64,000 nucleotides of DNA from Phaeosaccion multiseriatum (Eukaryota; Protista; Ochrophyta, other classes). The notes beneath the pieces were generated by a model. That model was not told the origin of the DNA and made no database searches. It worked only from the letters and a program-made list of their open reading frames with translations. The position numbers were made by a program, and so were the translations under genes. The stretch covers positions 5,456,001 to 5,520,000 of the forward strand of contig OZ218953.1 in NCBI GenBank assembly GCA_965112735.1, written 5' to 3'. Below are positions 34,655 to 45,000 of the stretch, piece after piece. The stretch's first letter is position 1; the number at the start of each line of letters is the position of its first letter.

Positions 34655-37600
34655 ATGGCGTCTCTGGTGGGGGAGAGCGCAGGCAATGGCGAGCAGCAGC
34701 AGCAGGTGGGGGCAGACCAGCAGCAACAGGACGGCAGCGGCGGCAGCAGCAACAACACCGCTTTGCAAGGCCGAGAAATGCTAATGGCCGTGAACCCTCC
34801 TGACGTGATGGAGCGCCACACTGCAAACACCAAGGGGAAGGTGCGCACGCGCTTCCCGCCGGAGCCCAATGGATACCTGCACATTGGACATGCGAAGAGT
34901 ATGAACATGAACTTCCGCCTGGCCTTTGAGAAGTTGGGCGTGGCCACGGAGGACAGAGAAACTTACTTTAGATATGGTGAGTAGAGTGGCGGGCTTGATG
35001 GATACCAGAGGCGAGGTGGAGAAAGAACGGCTTGGCGGATGACTTGGCGCAATGTGTGGGCGCTTCTGCCTAACGCTGTGGCGCTGTCTGCGGGTCCCCT
35101 TCCTCCCTCTCTCACTCCTTCAGACGATACCAACCCCGAGGCCGAGAGTCGGGAATACATAGAGGTGAGAGAGGGGACAAAGTGCTCAGTTCTTGCCAAC
35201 ACCCGCTGTGACTTTTGGTTTGTTGTATTCCGACTGAGCGCAGCTTGCCCCTGTGACGATAAAACCTATCTGAATCGTGCTTGGTGCGGTTGCAAAGAGT
35301 CTTTCTAGCGACTGCACACACCAACAAGCCAAACCCTTGATCATTTATTTGTTTTAATTTCTGATGGGGCTTCTTTCTCTCTGGATTCACCTGGGAGGAA
35401 AACGCGTTATTTGCCCAGAGTCTCTCCTTATGTTTGTTCTTGCCCCCCTGTCTTTGCGGCTCTGCTCTCTCCACACACACAACACACACACTTCTCGGAA
35501 ACGCGGTGCATCCCCGCACACGCCCACACACGCCCATGCGATGATGCATGCTTGTATACCTCCCTTGTACACCATTCGGCTCTGTGTCTGATCGATGTTA
35601 GTCCATTCGGGAGGACGTGGAGTGGCTGGGGTGGAAGCCCGCCAAGACCACCTACTCGTCCGAGTGCTTCGAGCAGCTCCACGGCTTCGCGGTGCAGCTC
35701 ATCAAGGCCGGCAAGGCCTACATGTGCCACCAAACCAAGGATGATATCGCCAAGTGCAGGGAGGTGCTTCTGCGCAAGCATCAGCCCGTGCAGTCCGGGA
35801 GCGGCCAAACCGAGGGAAAGACCGCATCTGCAGAAGGGGGGGGAGGAGAGAAGGAGAGCGGCGATAGTCCTTGGCGTGACCGGCCAATGGAGGAGAGCTT
35901 ATCTGTAAGTACGGCCTATGTATATCCGCCTTGGCCCTTGTTGGCGCCTTCGTTGCACCCTTTTCCCTCCCCTCCTGACGCACCAACCCCCTTTCATTCA
36001 CACTTTCACACTTTCAAACTTTTGCATCACACCCCCACATCACCAACACATTACCAAAAGCTCTTCGAAGACATGAGGAAGGGAAAGTTCGCTGCGGGGG
36101 AGGCCACTCTCCGCCTCAAGATGGATACGACCTCTCCCAACCCGAACATGTGGGACCCCGTGTCGTACAGGGTCAAGTTCGTGCCGCATCCGCACATCGG
36201 GGACGAGTGGTGCATCTACCCAACCTATGACTACACGCACTGCATCGTCGACAGCCTGGAGGACATCGACTACTCCATCTGCACGCTCGAGTTCGAGACG
36301 AGGAGGGAGAGCTACTACTGGCTGCTGGACGCGCTCAACATTTACCGCCCCAAAGTGTTTGAGTTCTCCCGCCTCAACATCACCTACACGGTCCTCTCCA
36401 AACGGCGGCTGCTCAAGCTGGTGCAGAAGGGCCTCGTGCGCGGCTGGGACGACCCCCGCATGCCCACCATCAAAGGTGAGAGGAAAGGGATGCACGCAGG
36501 CCAATGGCACAGGGCAGTGCTAGTGCTGGCCGGAGGAGGTTCTTGCTTTACACATGTGCTCCTCCGGCGCCTCTTGAATAGTGTCATGTACACGTAACTC
36601 ACAGGTCCTGCGCTTCTATATGTTTCTCCCGCCCCCCTCCCCCCTCTCTCTCCCTCCCTCTCTCTCTCTCTCTCTCTCTCCGTGTGTGTGTGTGTGTGTG
36701 TTGGTCCCTCTCCCTCTGGGTGCTGTGGGTAGGTCTTCGGCGGCGAGGCCTCACCGCCGACGTGATCAACACCTTCTGTAACGACATCGGCGTCACCAGG
36801 ACGGACGGTACCATCGAGTACGAGAAGCTGCAGCACCTCGCACGCACCACGCTCATCCAGAGCAGCCCGAGAGCCATGGCTTGTCTGGAGCCCATCAAGG
36901 TGGTGCTCACCAACTTGTCAGAGCCTCGCACCCTGGAGATCCCTGACCTCCCCCCGGCCCCTTCCAATGCTGCACCGAGCGACAAAGAGGCTGCTGCTGC
37001 TGCTGCTGCTGCTACGGCCGCTGCCACGACGCACACTGTCCGACTGACGAGGGAGATCTACATCGACTCCGAAGACTTTGCGAAAGTCGACTCTCCGGAC
37101 TACTTTGGCCTAGCCCCAGGCAAGAGGGTGGGGCTCAAGTACGGCTTCGTCATCCAGTGCGACGAGGTGGTGGTAGGGGAGGGCGAGAACGAGATAGCAG
37201 AGCTGCGATGCTCCACTGTGGAGCTTGGCGAGGGAGAGGCGAGGCCCAAGGGCTCTCTGCATTGGGTGTCTGTGGAGGATGGGCTGCCTGCGGAGCTGCG
37301 AGTCTACGATCACCTCTTCTCGGTGGAGGAGCCTGACGACCGTTGGGAGGCGCAACTCAACCCGAAGTCGGAGGTACGCAGGAAGGGGAGGGGGGAAGGG
37401 GGGGGCATCTTCGTCTTCACCATGGCTTGCTTTCTCTCCTCCCTGCTTGGCTTCCAGTCCAATCCCGCCTTTCCGTGTCCGTTCTGTCTCCGTCTCTGTC
37501 TCTGTCTCTGCCACGCCGCCCCTGGAGCAGATTGTTTACCCCAACGCGGTGGTGGACGCGTCGGTGAAGGGGGCAAAGACGGGCCAGCTGTTCCAGTTCG

Positions 37601-38205
37601 AGCGAACGGGCATCTTCTGTGTAGACAAGGACTCCGAGGGGGGGGAGGGCAAGCTTGTGTGCAACCGAACGGTGAGCCTCAAGGCCAGCGGGGCCAAGAA
37701 GAAGGACACGGGGCGGAGCAGGAAGGAGGAGCAGGCAGCGCAGGCGAGAGAGAAGGCGGCGAGGGCGCAAGTCCCTCCGGAGGACATGTTCAAAGCGCAG
37801 ACCGACAAGTACGGCAAGTTCGATGAAAGTGGAGTGCCCACGCACGACGCCGCAGGGGAGGAGCTCAGCAAGAGCGCGGTCAAGAAGCTCAAGAAGGAGT
37901 GGGAGAAGCAGAAGAAGGTGCGTGGGTGCGTTGCTTGTTGGGCCGGGCTGAGGCTGCTCGCTCCGCACGCAAGGCCCAGAAAAGACGGTTGGTTGTGTGC
38001 AGAGGAGCGGGCGAACAGACGTGTGTAGGTGTGTAGGGGTCAGAAGGAGGAGTGCACATACAGAGAACATGCTTCCGCCCCCTACTCACTCACTCGCTCA
38101 CTTGCTTGCGTGCTTTGCTCATCTTGCCCTCTGCCTCCCCCTCCCCCTGCTCTCTGTTCAACGCCTTGCTCACAGCTTTACAACAGTGCTTCCAAGGGCA
38201 AGTAG
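34655..38205 (+). CDS. QARS: Glutaminyl-tRNA synthetase, multi-exon, with a CysRS-like C-terminal extension
   Basis: [57 protein letters not shown] and FQFER. Last exon 38176-38205 encodes LYNSASKGK*. Confidence 0.95.
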
Positions 38206-38421
38206 CCGCCCGGCGTGGGAGAGCAGCACAGCGGGTTGGGTTTGTAAATACTCTGCGCGACACACTCGTGTACATAGCGCAAACGTTCCATCCACTTGTT
38301 AGTCTCTGCCCTGTCGTGATTTTTATTACTGCGATAAGTTTGAGCCTACAATAAATGGAATGTAAAGCATTGCCTACTTTTTTTAAAAAAAAAAAAGGAA
38401 AAAAAAAACGGAAGCATGTGC

Positions 38422-40113
38422 CTACTCTGGCTGCTTGCTCTGCTCCCACCCGCCCCCCAAGAAGCTCCGCATGATGGCCTCTGTGACGGAGTCCGCTCCA
38501 CACAGGGACATATCGAAACAGTTGTCCTGCCCTTGTCCCTGCCCCTTTGCCTCCCCCTGGGCCTGTCCCCCCTGGGCCTGCCCCTCTCCTCTGTGGGACC
38601 GGCCCCAGCCATCATCATCCTCATCATGACGATCAAAATCATCTAATTTTGACGCTGCACTGCCGAGGAGGTTGCTGCCGAAGTCGTAGGCAATGGTAGA
38701 GCCCGCAGAGGAGGAGAGCGTTCTTGCTGCGGGGGAGAGTACCGCCCTGGGCCTGGGCAGCTCAACTACAACAGGAGGGAGTACCGCAGAGGCACTCACA
38801 GGAGGGGGTGCCGCAGACACACTCACGTCATCATTGTCAAGCGGGACAATCTCCATGCCCTCCTCCTCCGCCCCTTGGAGCGAGAGAGGCGCTGCCCTCG
38901 ATATCCCCCCTGTCATCACTGAATCCATGTCATCGGCCATAAGACCGCCCTGGGGCTCCTCCCCCGCCTCCTCCCCCATCGCTGCCTCCACAGCAGCGGC
39001 TCCTCCACCCCCGCTTTTCTCTCCGCCGTCCTCTTCGCTTCCAACTGCTTGGGCTGGTGCAGCCCCTTCTTTCGCCGCCGCGGCATTACCCCGTCGTCTG
39101 CGCATACCCAGGAGAACGAGGAAGGCTCCGATGACCACTAGCAGTGCAGCCGCGGAGATGACGGAGGCGCGCTGCCAAGACGTGAGACGATGGGCGGCAG
39201 TCTCGTCTTGTGCCTGTGAGGCTGCTGGCGAGGGCGGGAGTGCGCCCCGGACGCCTCTCGGAGCAGGGTTCGGCGATGGCGATGGCGTCTTGTCACTGAC
39301 AGGCTCGTCCGCGACGCTCCTGCCAGACTCAGAAGGCTCCGAAGGCTCAGAAGTCGCCGTTAGAATGTCCTCTGGGGACGAGTCTGCTGCTCCGCCACGA
39401 TTAGCACTCCCATCGGTGGCCGTGCCTGGCTCGGGGTCACCCCCCCCCCCCCTTTCCCGGTCGCGCGATTCTCTGTCAGCGGGATCCCCGTCGAACTCGT
39501 CACGAGGGGCAGACAGCCCCGGAAATACACCCAAAGGCTCAGAAGTCGCCGCTAGATTATCCTCTGGGGAAGGCTCTGCTGCTCCGCCACGGTCAGCACT
39601 CCCCTCGGTGGCTGTACCTGGCTCTGGGCCACTCCCTGCCCCCGTTTCGGGGCCGCCATCTCTTTCGTAGTCCCGCCCTTCTCCGTCGCCGGGGTCTGAC
39701 TCTGTTCTGCCATCGGTGGTGGCGTCTGGCTCGGTGTCCGCGTCTGGCTCTGCGTCTCGGGGACCAACATTAGGGGAGGACAGCCCCGGGAATACACCCC
39801 CCTCCCTCCCCAAGAAGTCCAATGCCTCGTCCCGCGCTTCTCCTTGCCCAGGTCCGACCCTGTCAGTGGTACCAGCGTCACCACGATCGCCATCTTCCTC
39901 GTCGTTTCCTCTTTCGATAGCGGTGCCTGGTGACTCTGTGTCTCGGGGAGCGTCACGAGGGGAGGACAGCTCCGGGGATGTAGTCGCTTCCCCCTCCCTC
40001 GTTAAGGAATCGGATGCCTCTCCTGTCCAAGCCACGTACTCATCACCATAGCAAAGGATTGTAGTAGTGTATATCGACATTGAAAATGAAAAGAAAAAAA
40101 GGGGGGGGGACAT
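38422..40113 (-). CDS. Predicted type I membrane protein with an acidic, repeat-containing ectodomain
   Basis: Hydrophobic N-terminus from ATG 40113, duplicated GVFPGLS and EPGTATxGSAxRGGAAxxSPED blocks, and a single TM segment (VISAAALLVVIGAFLVLLGM) followed by RRRR. Confidence 0.7.
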   Translation of the reverse strand: MSPPLFFFSFSMSIYTTTILCYGDEYVAWTGEASDSLTREGEATTSPELSSPRDAPRDTESPGTAIERGNDEEDGDRGDAGTTDRVGPGQGEARDEALDFLGREGGVFPGLSSPNVGPRDAEPDADTEPDATTDGRTESDPGDGEGRDYERDGGPETGAGSGPEPGTATEGSADRGGAAEPSPEDNLAATSEPLGVFPGLSAPRDEFDGDPADRESRDRERGGGGDPEPGTATDGSANRGGAADSSPEDILTATSEPSEPSESGRSVADEPVSDKTPSPSPNPAPRGVRGALPPSPAASQAQDETAAHRLTSWQRASVISAAALLVVIGAFLVLLGMRRRRGNAAAAKEGAAPAQAVGSEEDGGEKSGGGGAAAVEAAMGEEAGEEPQGGLMADDMDSVMTGGISRAAPLSLQGAEEEGMEIVPLDNDDVSVSAAPPPVSASAVLPPVVVELPRPRAVLSPAARTLSSSAGSTIAYDFGSNLLGSAASKLDDFDRHDEDDDGWGRSHRGEGQAQGGQAQGEAKGQGQGQDNCFDMSLCGADSVTEAIMRSFLGGGWEQSKQPE

Positions 40114-40127
40114 TATTGGGCGGGTCA

Positions 40128-40493
40128 AAAATGGAAAAGGGCTCGCATGATTTGGCGACGACTTGGATAACCACTTCGTGGATGAGCTTCGCAAGCGGGC
40201 AGAAGACAGGGCTTTTTTTCTTTTGCTTCATGGAAAAGGAGAGTCCATGGGCGGACTACAGCTGTGCCACCGACTTTGAGCACTTCGTGAATGACATTGA
40301 GACCGTGCTGAGGAAGTGGGGAACCTACCGGGAGGACAGCGCCTCCGCCTCCGACGAGGGAGGCGTTCACCGAGACAGCTTGAGCAAGACCTTGACGTTC
40401 GAGGGTCAGCAATATAAGCTCTTTGTTGGCGAGGGGGCTTATAGTTCCGCTACTACTAGTGGCTCTTACAGGCTGCAACCATTGTCTGCGCTG
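40128..40493 (+). pseudogene. Exact 366-bp duplicate of the Rab3GAP promoter/5' coding region (truncated copy; left target-site duplication)
   Basis: Matches 41189-41554 (offset 1061) with no differences seen by eye. The frame from ATG 40230 runs into the insert and stops at 40514. Confidence 0.9.
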
Positions 40494-41188
40494 GACTGGG
40501 GATGCGGATGGTGATGGAGTAGTGGAGTGTGGAGGGGAAGGTGAGGGGGGGGAGAGGCGAGCCGGAGGGACGAGTTGAGGGACTGGAAATCCAGTTGAGT
40601 TGGAGTGTGCGCGGCACCGTCAGGGGGGCGGTGCCGGGTGCGCAAAGACTCGTCCTCCTCTCTAACTTCCGACTGGCAAGTACCCCCTTTTACCTAACTG
40701 TAATACTATTGTGTGGGCATTTGTGAGTGTGGGGGGAGGTACCCGACCGGGAAGGCCGTGAAAGGGGAGTTTTCGTAACCCCGGTGGGAAAACGACTTTT
40801 CACGGACTGGCAAGGGAGGGTAGGTTAGAAACTTGAGGGTGTGGCATAAGAGGACTGTGGTGTGGTGTGGTGGAGTGGAAGTGAGGATAGGAGTCGCTGC
40901 CCTGAAAGCAGCTAACGCGGTGAATCTTCTCCCACCCACCCGCCCCGGGGGACTGGTGGACTCAGTGGGGAGATATTCGAGGGGTACCCATTGGTATCTA
41001 CCGCGGGGAGATAGAGAATCGGGTGGGTTGGAGTGTGCGCGGCACCGTCAGGGGGGCGGTGCCGGGTGCGCAAAGACTCGTCCTCCTCTCTAACTTCCGA
41101 CTGGCAAGTACCCCCTTTTACCTAACTGTAATACTATTGTGTGGGCATTTGTGAGTGTGGGGGGAGGTACCCGACCGGGAAGGCCGTG
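40494..41188. mobile_element. 695-bp non-coding insertion with an internal 165-bp direct repeat (X-R-Y-R)
   Basis: R copies at 40599-40763 and 41027-41191 (offset 428). Flanked by the 366-bp duplication. Contains several strong stem-loops. Confidence 0.8.
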
Positions 41189-41290
41189 AAAATGGAAAAG
41201 GGCTCGCATGATTTGGCGACGACTTGGATAACCACTTCGTGGATGAGCTTCGCAAGCGGGCAGAAGACAGGGCTTTTTTTCTTTTGCTTC

Positions 41291-42039
41291 ATGGAAAAGG
41301 AGAGTCCATGGGCGGACTACAGCTGTGCCACCGACTTTGAGCACTTCGTGAATGACATTGAGACCGTGCTGAGGAAGTGGGGAACCTACCGGGAGGACAG
41401 CGCCTCCGCCTCCGACGAGGGAGGCGTTCACCGAGACAGCTTGAGCAAGACCTTGACGTTCGAGGGTCAGCAATATAAGCTCTTTGTTGGCGAGGGGGCT
41501 TATAGTTCCGCTACTACTAGTGGCTCTTACAGGCTGCAACCATTGTCTGCGCTGTACCGTCCAGATGATCTGGCACTGTTCTCGCCCGATGCTCTCCAGT
41601 CCCACCCTTTCCAACGGTGGTTCGGCTTGCGCAATGGGTACATTGTCCTCTCTGGCCCGGCCCCTGACCAGTCTTTCGCTTCAAGGGCAAGGAACGAAGT
41701 GGGGGATTTGGAGTTGAAGAAGAGGCGGAGAGCAGAGGACAGCAGTCACACAGGAATGCAGACCTCTCCGCGACCGCAGCAGCAGCAACAGCAGCATCAA
41801 AGACTGGCCGGTGGCCAGCCCCCCCTATCACTCACTCAGCTGTTGTCCTCTGTCATCATCGCCCTGAGCAACGTCAACCTAGCAACCCCCGTGCTGGTGT
41901 TCTGCCCAGGGGCCTACAATCAGGTGGGCGACAGAAACGACGTCAAAGTCAAGGGATATGCCCTTCCTGGTCCGCCTCCTGGCGCAGGCCAAGACGACCC
42001 CACCTTTTCAGAAGGGAGGGAAGTACCGCCAGCCACCGC

Positions 42040-42089
<50 letters not shown>

Positions 42090-45000
42090 GGTCTTGCTTT
42101 CATGTCAACTTTGAGAGCGACTGCATCTCCCCCGTGCCAGAGCGCCTACGAACCGTGCAAGGCCTGCTTGACTTGTTCCGGGCCAAGGTGGGCTTGGCGC
42201 ACCCCCAGGATGGCACTGCCCACAGCAGCAGCAGCGGCTTTGAAGGTTGGAGTGCATCGGGCCGGGGAAGCACCAGCCACAGGTACGGTGGCGTGCACGA
42301 CGACGACGAAGACGACTACTACTTCCGCGGAGGCCCTGTGAAGGCGGTGGCTGTGGCAGTGAAGCAGACATGGTGGTGGGGACCGGGTTGGCAGCAGAGC
42401 GCCTCGTCTCCCGGCATGGCGCCGCAGCTGGAGTGGAGGGTCTGCTTTGCGAGGTGTGTAAAGGGGGGGGGGGGAGGAGTGTGTGTGCCCCAGCGGGGGG
42501 TGGGGGTTGGGGGGGTCCTGATCCATCAGCACACCACGCCAGCTGCTTGACTTTGATCTTGATCTTGACCTTGAGCTTGACCTTGACCTTGAACTTGCCC
42601 CTCCTCCGCTCCTGCCTCTTCTCGTACACCTCAGAAAGTCCTCTGCTTCCTTGACTTACATCTCACCTCTGCACCCCCGGAACCCCGCTCTCATCGCTGT
42701 GCGCAGGAAGCTCTCTCACCGCGGCCGCACTCCGCTGCATCGCGGTATCCGCTCTCTGCGCAGGGCCATCGCCGGAGCTGTGGCAGTGGCCTCTGCAGCT
42801 GCATCACCGTCGCGGGCTGAGGAGGCGGTGGCCGCAGCAGAAGCCGCACCTCTGACGAGCCGGCCAGGCGGGGGGGCGTCTCTCTCCCCATGGGGTACAG
42901 GATTAGGGCCTGCTGCAGCTGCAAACTCCCGGCAGGGAGCACATAAAGTGAGTGCTTGCTTCCCTTACGCTCCTGATCAAGAGCCGCTGCTGAGGCATGT
43001 CGTTTGGCTCTGCTTTGCCCCCCCACGACCCCTTGGGTGACACTATCGGAGCCGAAAGTGGACTTCCCGCCTTCCTCAAAATCGTTCTTTTCTCTCCTGC
43101 GCATCCCCACTCCACGCAATTTTCATGTTCGTCGCTGTATTACGCAGGACCCGTTCGTAGGGCTGTGCCTCACTGTTCGCTGGCCTCAGCAGGCCGTGGA
43201 GGGCCCCAAAATAACGGAAGGGGAAGGACTGCTCCATTTGCTGGCACGAGAGCAGCAGCAGCAGCAGCAGCAGCAGGAGGAGGAGGAGGAGGAGGAGAAG
43301 GAGGATGAGGAGGTAGAGGGACAAGAGGGGCGAGCGGGACGACACGCAGCGACAAGAAGGACCAACGCCGAAGCGTACAAGAAGGTCGCAGGGGGGGGGG
43401 AGGGGCTGGCGACGGAGTGGGATGTGCAAGCAGTGTGGGACGAGGAGGGCTTACACGCAGGCCTCCTCGGGGACAAAGTGCGCCTCCTCCTTGCCGCCAC
43501 CGTCCTCGCCAAGGTGCGTGCGCGTGTGTCTGATCCATCGATCCAGGGCTCCAGAGCTCGAGAGTATGGTCTGGCTGCTAACTGGTCTGCTGTTCATCGC
43601 ACTCGAGACTGCTCGCTCTATCCTCGTTCACCCACCCCCCACCTGCCCGTGTGTGCGTCTGGCCTATTAATTAGCTTAGGCTCTCAACCCGTGGCACGAA
43701 TGTGATTGATTCCTCATGGCCTGACGCTAACCCACTGCCTTGACACTCACCCACTGGCTTGATACTCACTCACTGTCCTGATACCCAATAACTGTCCTGA
43801 CACCCACTCACTCACTCGCCGGTCTCTTGTCTCAGGCCGAAGAATGTTCCTCTTTGGATGGGCCCCACGAGGCGCAGAAGAAGGAAGAAACGAGTTTCAA
43901 TTCCACCAACACCAAGCACCCGTCCGGGGAGGCGTGTGAGGAGAGGGAAGAGAGGGAAGAGAGGGTGGTGCGGAGGGCGAGAGACATGATGTTGCATGCC
44001 GCCGACAAGCCCCTTCGGAAGGAGACGATCGACGCTCTGTCGCGAGTCAGGCTGGATACTGTCAGGCCGGTCAAGAGCACCACCCCTGACGACGTGTCGG
44101 ATGACCAACAGGGGGGACAGAGAGACAGCCGCGCAAGAGAGGCGCTGTTGGTCCGCAGCTTGCTCAGAGACAACGCCAATGCCGTGTCCTCGCGGAGCAG
44201 CTCGTCGCTGTCGGACAGCATCGCCGAGACTCCATCCAGCTCATCGTCTGCCACGCCCCTTGCTACTCCGTTATCCTCTCCACCCGCCACCCCGGCCCCC
44301 CCGCCAGTAGGAGAGCAGACGGCCAAAGGACCTTCTTTTGCGGCGGGGGAGGCCCAAGAGCATGAGGAAGAGGGCGCCTGGGTGTGGAAGGGGGTGGGAG
44401 GGGCGCCCATCGGCCGCCTTCTCAGTTTGTTCGCTCTGCAGGTGGTGGAGTTCTCGGCGGCTCTCGGCACGGGCCCAGGAGGTGAGTGGGAGGGAGCTTC
44501 ATCGCCTTGAGGACCGGAGGGAGTTGGGGAGGGGTTGGCGAAGAGCTATCGTAGAGAAGGAGGTCGAGCAGCTTTATACTCGACGCCCCCCCCTGCTCCC
44601 CCCGCGATGTGTCCGGCTTGCTTCCTTCGTCCCTCAGACCCCCCCCCCCTCTCCTGTCCGTTGCTCGTGGAGCAGGGTCCTTGTCACTGGCGAGGCTGAG
44701 ATCGCTTTGGATGTGCCTAGTGTCGGAGCTGCGCTGCGGGTGCTGGGATGCCTTGCGCCAAGTGCCCCACTTGTCGAAATCGCCCTGTGTGGACGCCCCC
44801 CCCCTCCCCAATTTCTCCACCCTCCATCTTCGAGCCGGAGCTGCAGCGGCGTCGGCGTTGACGTCAGGGAAGGGGAAGGGGAAGGGGCGGGGTCCGACGA
44901 CGGAGCTGAGGGCCGGAGGACAGCGGCTTCAGGCTGGGCGCAGCACACATACACACTCACACAGACACTCACACAGACACACACACAAGGCCATGCGCAG

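Noticed and set aside
40911-41010. Twister or hammerhead ribozyme in the insertion
   Set aside because: UAA-stem..stem-GG is superficially twister-like, but P1 cannot pair and the conserved loop is missing. No CUGANGA core on either strand.
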